Assembly (NCBI RefSeq): GCF_001194135.2
Contig: NC_068981.1
Coordinates: forward strand, 106,991,795 to 107,055,794
Source of the DNA: Octopus bimaculoides
Taxonomy: Eukaryota
Length of the DNA: 64,000 nucleotides
Direction of reading: 5' to 3'
The translations under genes were made by a program, and so were the position numbers. This document shows positions 53,123-64,000 of the stretch, piece after piece (position 1 is the stretch's first letter; each line of letters opens with the position of its first letter). The notes under the pieces are model-generated. The model was not told the origin of the DNA, searched no databases, and saw only the letters and a program-made list of their open reading frames with translations.

Positions 53123-54049
53123 AATAATAATAAGAATGATGATGATTCCACATCACAACACAAAGCCAAAGATTTGCAAATCAATTCATTCAACTGCAAA
53201 ATTTGAATGTTGGTGATTTTATCAACTCCATAAGGATAGAAGGTAAAACTAGGCTCAGTGGGAGTTGAATTCAGAACATGGTGCAACATGCTTAAATACT
53301 ATAAGGCATTGATTTAATCTGTTAATTTTAACTTTTCTACTCTAATATTGATTGTTTCTTTCAGAATGTTTGCCCATATAATATTCTATATTAGTCTACT
53401 TATCATGGTACATGTTTGTTATACTTCTAACAAGTTTAGCCATGAAAGAAAATTGAAGACTGTTTACGAAGCTCAGTAAATGTATGCATCAAAATAGAAC
53501 ATTTACATAACTTGGGGTTTCCATGGACCCACTCATATTAGCAAATACTGAACTTATTTATTAATAAATAATTATAGGCAATAACACCTTTCAAAAATGA
53601 GAATTAACATTACAGTGTTTGAGTAAAGGAGTGTTTAGGCAAATTTATTGTAATTGTTGTATAAAATACTGAATGAAATTTTGAGTCCATACCAATTAAC
53701 CTTGTTACATCAAGAAAATTCATGCACCCTAAGCAAAAGAAAGTAAATTTTAAAGTGACTTTTGATTTTCACCACTGTAGGCCATAAAAGTGTGCCTGCT
53801 TTGAAGTCAGCATTATAGAAATTATGATCAGTGTCATGGATATATTCAGTGCTGTTTGATGCAAACTACCTCTGTTATTTCCTCTATAGAGCAGTTGCAT
53901 AAACTGGTTGGCAAACTCTTTGTTTCTTTCTAGTCTAAATAGAACACATGCCCAAAAGTGACATATTAAATGTAACTTGTTGAAAGAAGGATTGCTACAT
54001 TACTATAGAAGTAAAATGTGTAAACATCATTGTCATTTTTTACTATTGC

Positions 54050-55130
54050 ATGCAAACAAAAATCATGCTTAGGAAACTCAAAGATGGTAGACTGGAGAAA
54101 TCTGCAGCATTTCTGAACTTGGAAGAAGAGTTTAGTTAGGGGTGTTGGCATTAGAATCAACTCAACCAATGTAGGTCTCAAGGCAATAATCAGAGAGAAT
54201 GCCTGACATCAAGATTAGTATTTGGTGGAGTCGGTGCTTTATGGAATGACATGAACAGTCAGTTTGTGGCTAGACTCACATGTTGCAAAAATTGATTCAG
54301 ATTTAAAAGACAAGTTATAGGAGTGTCAATATTTTATCACTTGTACATCAGGAAGCTAATTTATCACAGAATGGAAATGCAGATTATAACCTGCCGATCT
54401 TTAACATCCCCTACACAAAAAACAGTTGATTTCAAAGCCAGAAGACTCATCAATATTACTGGCAATAAAAAGAAGCATTTTACAATGATAGTAGTCATTA
54501 TTAGTGATAGAAAAATGCTGCCAGCCTAAAGCAATATTTCCAAAAGGAATACAGGCTTGTGTCCACAAGAAGAAGTTTGAAACAAAATTAAGTGAATAGA
54601 TCAAAATGATGTGTAGAGATGTCAGATGCTGAAACAACTGTCCCTGCTGGTGTGGTGCATTTAGTTGCCATTAACACCTTAATGTGAAATGGCAACTGGA
54701 ATTCTTAATGACTGATTTTGCCATCATTCTTGATGTGATAGCTAGTATTCTACAATCACTGGACATCAGTATTAGCAAGACAATCACTCGGCATATGCAC
54801 AATATGGAACCAGTGACTGACAGATAGGCACAAGTCCATCACTCCAAAAGGTCACACTCCTCAATCAGAGCTTTTCCATAGTAATATGCATTGATGCACA
54901 TTACTATAGATGTCTAGCAATGATTTCAAAGAATGCTGCATCATATTTGCACTGGATCATCATAAAGGTAGCATCCTTTTCAAGGAACAAATTGAAGCTG
55001 TGTTTGAGGACATCAAAAATACCCTACTCCACTGACAATATAAATGAAGATGTAAAGGCATACGTCTTTCACACAGACCACAGTGAAGTTGGCTTCCTCA
55101 GTTTCAGTGGTGAATCACCATTTGAAACAT
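54050..55130 (+). pseudogene. Decayed pogo/Tigger-type transposase (CENP-B HTH + DDE_1 remnants)
   Basis: Frame-broken peptides PTQKTVDFK...ITGNKKKHFTM...DRKMLP, IASILQSLDISISK (QPLD motif) and FKECCI..ALD are typical of pogo-family DDE_1 transposases. Confidence 0.7.
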
Positions 55131-56116
55131 GAACTATTAAACTTTTGAACAGGAGCTATGTGCTTGCATAGAAAATAAGTAAATGTTTCAGTTTTAAATG
55201 AACTTGGTAAATGAATACTGAACAATTATCAATTTGCTGAATTGTGTTTAATCTCTTAATGTTGTTCCTTCGCATCGTTTTGTTATTGTTACTGCATTGT
55301 TAAAACTCATATGGGTACGCATTTGTTTAAGCATGAATTTCTTTTTAAAAAACCCTCTAAATTTTTCAAGAACTATTTTTTAAAATAAAAATCTCATCTC
55401 ATCTAGGTCGACCCACAGGACACCCCTATTAGGGTTTTGGTTGCGCATACTATAGGAGTCACAGGGCGCTGCTCCATGTGGTCCCACAGTTTCCATCTAA
55501 CTAGGAATATTAGGGTTTCAACCATTGTCTTGTATTCAAGATCCTCTGCATGACATCCTACTAGTTCAAAGCCAGGAATCTGATCTGTTAGGTCCTGCCA
55601 ATAACTAAATCCATGCCCTGCTGCCGACGCTTCGATTTATTGTTGTTAAGGTTTTGTCTGTCTCCTACCCTTTGACCTGCCTGGCCTGGTAAAACCTGCC
55701 TGAAGATTTCTCTCCTTCCAACATAGCTTTCTGGGTCAATGGAGAGCACAGGTACTTCACCACAACAAGATACTTGTTGAATTGACCATTGACTACACAG
55801 TAGTTCTTCCGCCCTTTGATGGGTCTTATTTTTCGTCCCGCAGGGTGTCCAACAATCACCCTCCTCACCAAGCAAGCTTGATGGTGTTGCCAATTTAGTC
55901 TTCAACTTTCATGTTTTGAACTTAGACATTCAGCCAACATTTTTCTTAACTAAAAAAAAAAAAAGAAAGCAAGGTTTTGTTGTGTCTAGTGTGAGTTTGC
56001 TTTTTTAAAAAAATAAGAATCTTAGTAAATTGAAATAATTTTTTTTAATTTTCCAAAAGTGAAAACAAAGAAAAAAAATTTAACCACTCCAGCCATTATT
56101 TCATACACAATTTTGT

Positions 56117-56174
<58 letters not shown>

Positions 56175-56833
56175 AATATATATATCAACATCATTGTGCA
56201 TGGTTTCTGCAGCTAATACCCTTATTTGCACCAATCACTTTACAATATGTACTGAGTGCATTTTCCATACCACCAGTACTAGTGCGGTTGCTATGTAACT
56301 TGCAAGACTACAGTCCCCACCTCCTCTGGTGGGGTGGGGAGCTTCATACTAGGAGATGAGGGGAGTGAGTGAATGAAGCTAGAAAGAGATAAAAATAGCT
56401 ATGATGAGGTGTTTAGGTGGATTTGCACAGTATAAGGTTTGTAGAAGTAAGTGCAGAGTAGGAGATGATTAACAGTGCAGAAAAAAGGGAAGTAGGTAGC
56501 AGAATAGTAATGATGATACAATTGACAACAGAAGGACAAGAGGGTGAAGATTTAGTTGGATACATTGCAAGAGTTGGGGGAAGAGAGAGAGAGAGAGGTG
56601 TAATACATGAGGAGAGTTGAGAAGGAGAGGTAATTTGGTGGTGCAGCAGTGGGGAGGATCAATATGATGTGGTGGGTAGAAAGAACAGTGACTGGATAAA
56701 GGATGAGTAACAAGTGAAATGGCTCCATGTAGTAAGAGATAAGAGGTACCAAAGTACCAGAGAAGAGCAGCAGTTAGATGATTGATAGTGGGAAGTGGCT
56801 TGAGGAGAAAGTAGGGGAAAAGGCCCAGTCATG

Positions 56834-56889
<56 letters not shown>

Positions 56890-56890
<1 letters not shown>

Positions 56891-57950
56891 CTTTCCAACT
56901 CAGTTTCATTGAAGTGAGTGGGTTTTTCTTCAGAACCATATTTGCCAGTTATCCCAGTATTTTGTTATCATCTCCATGAGGTTCAAGGTCCTGAGAGCAG
57001 CTTTCACCATTTCATCACATGACTTTCTGGGTTTCCCTCTTCCATAAACTTCATCCACATTAAGTGATCAGCACTTCTTTATACGGCTGTCCTCACATTT
57101 CCATAGTAGTCTCCATGCCAGTACTTTCTTGCACATCCACTTCCTCTCATGTCCAGTTTTTCTCTCAGTATATTTTCACTGTTGTTCATGTACACTTAGA
57201 TTTCTCATCCAACAGGACATGCTAGATTCACTTCTTTACAGTTTTCTCAAATCCTCTGCAGTCAAGGCTTGTGTCTCACTACCATGCAGCATCACAATTG
57301 TAACACAAATGTCATACAATCTACCCTTCACACTGAAATAAAAGACCTTCCTTGCCTACAGTGGTTGTAGCTCTTTGTACTTTCTCCAGCCTGTTCTTAC
57401 TCTGGCTACTACACTTTCAGAGCTCACACCTCCCTTGCTAATTAGATCCTCTAGGTATCAATAGATATCAATCACTTCTAGTGAGTCATCAAGGAATTTA
57501 AGAGAATCTATTTCTAGTGTGCTCATAGTATGTACTGCTCCACTGCATCTTTTGTGTTTCTATAGCTTACGTTGTGTATAGCATTTGGAGTTTATTCTTA
57601 CTTCTTTAATGCATAACAACCAATGCCATTTCCCTGAATGAAGATACCAGGGTTTTCCTTATGAAAGATTTCATCTTTGTTAGGTAGCCTTAAAACCTCT
57701 TGATTCTGGGTTTAGCTTCATGCCTGGAACTTTCTTCTTAATACCAAATACAGATTCAGCTATGAAGTCTAAAACATCAGCATACTAGAGTTTTTATGGA
57801 CATCCAGTTTTAAACTCATGTTATGGCCTGTAGGACTGTAATGAATAGGGGAGGACAGTCTCGATGGACTCCTGCCTTCACATTGCATTCATCACTGAAA
57901 CTGTTGTTGACTTTCATTTTACTTGCTACATCTTTGTACATGGCTTGTAT
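56890..57950 (-). mobile_element. Decayed RTE LINE 3' half
   Basis: QAMYKDVASKMKVNNSFSDECNVKAGVH...PPLFITVLQAIT (RT region), plus degenerate remnants of the RTE C-terminal region near 56950-57140. Confidence 0.7.
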
Positions 57951-57959
57951 ACACACAGA

Positions 57960-57998
<39 letters not shown>

Positions 57999-58543
57999 AC
58001 ACACACACATACGTGCACACATTTTTATACAGACACACACACATAAATAAATAAATATACAGTATCTATTTTTAATACAAATTTCTGTCTAGATAAAAAT
58101 TAGTTTCATTGCTATCAATGGCAGTTTTATTTTCTGATTATTTTATGTCAACAATACAGAAGCAAAATTTTACTGCATTTAGTCAGACAATGATCAATAT
58201 GTTCTCTGTTGTGAGCAGCCATGTATGTCGACTATTGTAAACATTGTGTGTGTATATATCTGCACCAACAACAAAAAATCAGATCTTTAATGCTTACCTA
58301 TGTAATGTAATGAACATTTAATATATTATCACTAACATAGAAAAAAAATGTAGCATTATTATTATCTTATAGATCAGTTTGTTTAGACAATAGATATAAC
58401 ATACTTTCAATCATTTGACCATGCCTTATCTGAGGAAAATGGGTAACATTTAGTTCTCATGCATAATGTGATTCCAGTAGGAATAGTTATTCCTTCTAAC
58501 AGTTGTTTGTCAGAACTAAATAACCAACTGTGTTTTTTTTTTT

Positions 58544-58571
58544 NNNNNNNNNNNNNNNNNNNNNNNNNNNN
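58544..58571. other. Assembly gap
   Basis: N run between poly-T and poly-G. Confidence 1.
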
Positions 58572-59444
58572 GGGGGGGGGGGGTCCGTCTCTTTATATTT
58601 TTTTCAGTTTTAATTATTGTCAGAAATGTGATTGTGATAAGAATTGTAGTTACATTAAGCACAGGCTTCAAGGCATGAACTAAATACAATTCTTGGTATA
58701 GATGCAAATTTAAGAAAATCCTGGCCAAAAAAAAATTAATTAAATGAGAAACATAATGAAAAATGTGGGGGATTATATTTTAACACTGAAGAAATTCTTC
58801 TGTCATATTAAAGATTTAATTACAATATTAAAGCAGGTGTTCTGAATTGTCTCCATAATGACTAAATAAATAAACAAACAATTAGCTGAGAAAAACATAA
58901 AAAATCTTAAAATCCTTTAAATCAAGTTTAAACCAAATTAGTTATTTTTTGAAAAATGTATTCCTTTTAAATAAGAACATCAGTGTATTGGATTTTTTTT
59001 TTTGTGGTATTTTTGTTATTCAAATATTATTATTATTATCATCATTATATTTTTGTTGTTTTTTGATATACATATCCCAGTCTTTAATTACTTGATGTAT
59101 TAGTTTTATATCATACTGGTCTTAATTGAAAAAGAAAGAAAATCTAGGAATTTTTGAAACAATGTTTAAATTTTCTTTTTATTATCAATATTGAACTTGG
59201 TTTTAAATTTGTTCATGATCTTAATATATAATCTGCTTCATAATTAGACTAGTTGTATGACATAAAGAAATACCTAATTACTTTTCTCCTTTCTTGTAAT
59301 ATTCCAACATACTCATTTAGAAACATCAGTGTTAAGCAAAAAACTTTCTTTTAGTTTTGTTTTCCTTTTTTTTTTAATTTTGAGAACTTAACAACGTAAC
59401 ACAAGTTAACAGGTGATTTATCTAATTTCTATTCTGTACTTAAG

Positions 59445-59471
59445 ATTTTAAAATTGGGAAACTTATTGAAG
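59445..59471 (+). CDS. GALNT: Candidate 27-nt GALNT microexon, (D)FKIGKLIE
   Basis: Branch-like tctaat, then ttctattctgtacttaag| ... GAAG|gtaaga; length 3n, open in phase 1. Confidence 0.6.
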
Positions 59472-59584
59472 GTAAGAAACGTTACTTTAAACTTTTGAAT
59501 ACAGTTCTCTTTTCTATCAATGAGGGTTTTTGGTTTGGGTTTTTTTTTTTTTCGTTTTTCATTTTTTTTTGTTTTGTTTTCAAG

Positions 59585-59629
59585 TTTTTGTCATCAAGTT
59601 CTATATACTTGATAAACGCATAATTCAGG
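59585..59629 (+). CDS. GALNT: Candidate 45-nt mini-exon, (V)FVIKFYILDKRIIQ
   Basis: About 55-nt T-rich tract ending gttttcaag| ... CAGG|gtaagt; length 3n, open in phase 1. Confidence 0.5.
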
Positions 59630-59649
59630 GTAAGTGCATTTGATAACTA

Positions 59650-59890
59650 ATTATTATTATTATTAAGTACTGGGATCAAATGGTATTGACTAACCCCTCC
59701 CCCTCAAAATTGCTGATCTAATAGTTCTACAAGCTAGCAGAATTGTTAGAGCAGTAAACAAAATGCCTTGTGCAAATAATCACGAAAGTTAACTTTGCTG
59801 TTCATCCCTCGAGGGTTGATAAAATAAAGTACCAGTCAAGTAGTGGGGTCAGTGGTATTGACTGGCCTATTCCCCTTAAAATTGCTGGTA
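59650..59890 (+). mobile_element. SINE family C, plus strand (tail fragment followed by a near-complete copy)
   Basis: gctagcagaattgttagagc...aactttgctgttcatccctcgagggttgataaaataaagtaccagtcaag. Confidence 0.7.
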
Positions 59891-60030
59891 CAAAGCAGTG
59901 TAGAATGGGTTAGTCAGTACTATCAAAACCATTAGTAAGGTGGATGGATTGTCAGCATCATCAGAGCATTAGACACAAGGCCATGTGGTATTTGTTCTGG
60001 CTCTTTATGTTTTGAGTTATAAAGTCAAAG

Positions 60031-60378
60031 CAAAGAAAGGGTAAAGACCCCCTTCGGTTGTAAATGATAATGGGAATGCACCTAGAAAGTTCCCCTCCAA
60101 GGTACAAGTCCAGGCAAGGCTATTTATGGAAGACCAGCAGTCGCCCATGCATACCAGCCTCCCCTCTCCATGTCACCAATGTTATCCAAGGGAAAGGCAA
60201 GGTTGATACAGCTTGGCACCAGTGACTTCGCAACTTGCTTCTACAGCTGAGTGAACTGGAGCAACCTGAAATAAAGTATCTTGCTCAAGAACACAACACA
60301 CAGCCCAGTCCAGGAATCGAAATCACTGCCTCATGATTGTAATCTCAACACTCTAACCACTAAGCCATGTGCCTTCAC
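60031..60378 (-). mobile_element. Full-length SINE nested in another SINE, 10-bp TSD AAAGTCAAAG
   Basis: TSD at 60021-60030 and 60379-60388; tRNA-like head at the right end (reverse complement ggcacatggcttagtggttagagtgttg). Confidence 0.8.
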
Positions 60379-60604
60379 AAAGTCAAAGTGTCAGTTAAGT
60401 ATTAAGTCAATTTAATTGACTAACCCCCGTCTTTAGATTTGAGGCCTTGTGCCTATGTTAGCAACATTACTACTGCTACAGAATTTCCCATGCATTGAGT
60501 TAAATGCTAATGGTATTTAACTTCCTTTCTCTGCATTCAGATTTCAAATCCTGCTGCTGTTGATGTTCTTTTCACCATTTTTCAATATTTTCTCATCATT
60601 TCAG

Positions 60605-60625
60605 TTGCATATTACAAAAAAATGG
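60605..60625 (+). CDS. GALNT: Candidate 21-nt microexon, (V)AYYKKM
   Basis: ttttctcatcatttcag| ... TGG|gtttgt; length 3n and open, weaker donor. Confidence 0.4.
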
Positions 60626-62750
60626 GTTTGTGGTACATGATCAGCTACTATTTATTATTTACTCTATTTTTTTTTTCTATATTTTCATAAATCTTTTGTT
60701 GTTGGATTTTAAAGAATTTGATGTTGGTAGATAGCAAGGAGAAGGTAAACTAAGTTTTGGATTTTCATAAATCCAAATAAATAAAATTTTGGATTTTCAT
60801 AAATCTTTCCATAAATTATTATACAAGTAAAATGTCTTAGAGACTGTCACCTTACACCTATCACAAGCATTTCATTATTTCTGGTGTTATGATACTTTAT
60901 AAATCTCAGTTACCCTGACTTCTTAGGAATATTTGCCAGATTTACCAAGGAATATTATGTGCATTACTGATATCAATGGTAATGTCTAAACCTGTCCTTT
61001 AAAATTGCTGGCTTTGTTCCTTAATTTGAAACACAGATCAGCAAACTGGCATTAGCTCTTTCAACAAAATGCCTTGTGGTATTTCTTATGAATTTAAATC
61101 CCATTGCCTTTCATCATTTTTGAGAAACAAATTATCCCTCCATATTCTATAACTATTAAATCCAGATTTAAGCACCATCTTCACAATTGTCTGTGACTTG
61201 TGAAGTTACAATTTTTACCTTTACTCCCAAAACATACTCCACCCAAAACATTCTCTGGAAAATGCTTATAGGATGGAAAGTTCCCACACTATATTCTAAT
61301 GTTATATGTTCTGAAAAATATATCTGTACATTTTAGCCATTATTAATAGAGAGAATATCTTGTCTTTTTATACAATATTGTCATAAATGGAAAAAGAGGG
61401 ATGAACTGGACTAGTTTTAATCCTCTGTTGGGATTTCATCAGTGACTAAGTACTCTCTTTGGAACCTTCACTATTACTAAGAACTTGAGTGAATTAGCTC
61501 AGTAGATTTACTTATATAACATTACTTCATAGCTACTTGGATTAATACATTGTAGCAGTGAAATAAAATGCTATTAACATAGTAATATATAAATTAAAAA
61601 CTAGTCCAGTTGATCCTTCTTTTCTCTGCACAGTTATATTGTATAAAAAGACAAAATGTTACAATCTGTCTACACGTCAATAATAGAAAACTCGTGCATT
61701 TACAATAGTGTTACTAATATCTTGAATGACTTCAATTATATTTACAGTTGTGTCATTGTTACATAAGATTATTGACCAAATGCTCATGTATTGAATGCTT
61801 TAGTCTTTGTGTTATGTCATGGGACAGAACATACCCTGCTAGATTAGGTTCAACTGACTGACAACAGCTGTTGTTATTTTTCAGCTAAATGGTTCATAAA
61901 TAGGTTGAGAAAATTTTTTTGTAATTATTTCTCCTGAAAAAAGAACAGCTGCAACAGTATTAATATAAATGGTATAGAACCGGACAAATAGTTGTACATT
62001 TTCTGAACATGAATCCTTCTATATTTTAGAAAGAGGTATACAAATGAATTTTATTGGTGGCATGTTATGCATGAGCCCATAACTTGGAGATTTTATATAT
62101 CACAACGCTCTCTTTCAGTACTTTGCATAACCAAATTAATTCCACTGGATTAATCAAATAAGTAACATAAATGTATCAGAATTTAAATTACAAAGTACTG
62201 TAAACTTGTCTAATAAAAGTACTTAATCAGTTTGTTACTATATTTCTGTTGAAATACACTGCCTTTAATTTAATTTGGAAATAATGAATTTAGTAAAATA
62301 ACTTTGCCAGTATTAAGCTAAAATTTGAAACATAAATTAACATGAAATTTTGCTGAAAGGTTTTTACATTACTTTAAAACCTGACGCTTGTATCATACAA
62401 CCAGGGCATGGTGTCAGGTGGGTTGGCATCAAAAGGCAGAGAGAAAGTAAATACTCTATTTACTATCCAATTTGTATTGAAAATAATAATAAAGAGTTTA
62501 CATATGTTACCTTTAAGTATATCCATTTCCAGTTGGATTAGTGTCTTAAAAAGTAGAAAAAAGAAAACTAGATTTAATTGCAAGTTTGAACAGTTTGAAT
62601 GGGGAATCTTAAAATTTGATCTAATTTGTTATAAAACATGCTATCCTTCTCTTCATGTTTAGATGATCAAACAACTATTTAACTCAAAATAAATCCACTT
62701 TATCAACAGAAATCATTTCACCTTGCAATTAGATTTTATCCACTATATAT

Positions 62751-62770
62751 CCTAACCCTAACCCTAACCC
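62751..62770 (-). repeat. Short interstitial (TTAGGG)n tract, ~3.3 units
   Basis: cctaaccctaaccctaaccc. Confidence 0.8.
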
Positions 62771-64000
62771 TTGCCTTATTTTTAATTTTGGAGTATAGTT
62801 TTTTTTATTTTCATTCTTGATGGTTATTGTATACATTATATATTTTTGATATAAATTCTTTATTTAGTTTATTAATAACTGGTGCTAAAGAAAAAAAAAA
62901 CAACAATATTACACTACAAAAATAATTAATTTAGAGTATAATTGATAAAAATCTTTCACCAACTGCTTATAAACAATTCCATTAAGAGGGTCATATATTT
63001 GATTTTATCCTAATTTCCAAACAGTTTAAGTGATTGAAATACATATCTCCCTCAGGACAAGAATCTATCAGCAATTTTAGTTTCTACAGATTTAGTGGTG
63101 CACTATACTTCAACGTGGTACCTATTTGCATTTAAGAACTTTTAATTCTTTGACTAGCAAACCACTATGATGCTGAGTTAGTCAACTCATAATGTAAATT
63201 ATACATTAAAAGTATAAAGCCTAAACATACAGCTCCATGTTTTATAATTATCATACCAATATTATTACAATCATATTTTTTCTATGCTGATGTCATTTGA
63301 AGGTCTCTTCAAATTCAGATTTTGTTATTAATCAATTGGTTGCAATTATTTGCAGGTGAATACAATTTTCTAATTATTTTTAGAAAGAGAATTTGACTGT
63401 AAAAAGAAGAGAAAATAATGGATCTATAAAATAAATTGCAGGAAGGTACTGGTGTTGATATAATTAACTGGATCCCTGTCTCCAAATTTCTGGCTTTGAG
63501 CCAATGTTAGCAACAATTTCTATTATGATAAAATAAAGTGCCAATCAAATAATGTGAATGGGGTGGGGGGATGTAATCAGCTCATCTCTTTCCACCGTTT
63601 CACCTCCCGCCAATTTTCTGGTCTTAAGCCTACATCAGAAAACTAAAAACAGTAAAGTATTAAATAAATTGCTTAGGGAGGCCTTGCATAGTCTTCATTT
63701 TACTAGAAATAGTCACCAAATTTTCTCCAAACCACACTCTTCCATCTTAATAATGGACTCATTGGACAAGTTAGTCTGTGGTACTCAATTCCTAAAAATT
63801 AGATGGGATGGTCATTGTTTGAATTCCTTTAACCATAGAATTTGCACACTTAGGGCTGACTTGGATCTAAGCTACAATAACAAGTACATTTATACTTCTT
63901 TACTTTAACTCAGATACTTTCTTTCATTTTCAGTCATCTGCTTGTTATACAAGTTTAATCAATTGTACTGTAGCCTGTATGCTTTCAAAAGAAATCAGTA

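Noticed and set aside
1-64000. CRISPR arrays, rRNA genes or prokaryotic operons
   Set aside because: None seen; the sequence is intron- and repeat-rich animal DNA.

Overview
AT-rich (TA/CA/GATA microsatellite-laden) eukaryotic scaffold segment with six N-gaps. The repeat landscape (tRNA-headed SINE families, RTE and CR1 LINE fragments, Tc1, mariner and pogo relics, several MITEs) looks like a coleoid cephalopod, probably Octopus; this is inferred from repeat style, not a database match. The only clearly recognisable host protein-coding sequence is the first coding exon (31799-32263, CDS from 32020, + strand) of a GALNT1/13-like polypeptide N-acetylgalactosaminyltransferase. It probably starts from a CpG-richer, possibly bidirectional promoter near 14.2-14.9 kb. 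I found no catalytic-domain exon in the following 31.7 kb. That interval instead holds a series of candidate 9-45 nt, length-3n, phase-1/phase-1, stop-free microexons that would extend the Golgi stem region. This candidate combinatorial microexon array is the most interesting signal in the window. Other notable items: a 177-bp MITE with inward-facing telomere-like repeats and a 6-bp TSD, a tRNA-headed element with a decayed hammerhead-ribozyme motif, an RTE LINE with a twin-priming-type inversion, and inverted MITEs bracketing the start-codon exon. All analysis was by eye; no alignments or searches were run.
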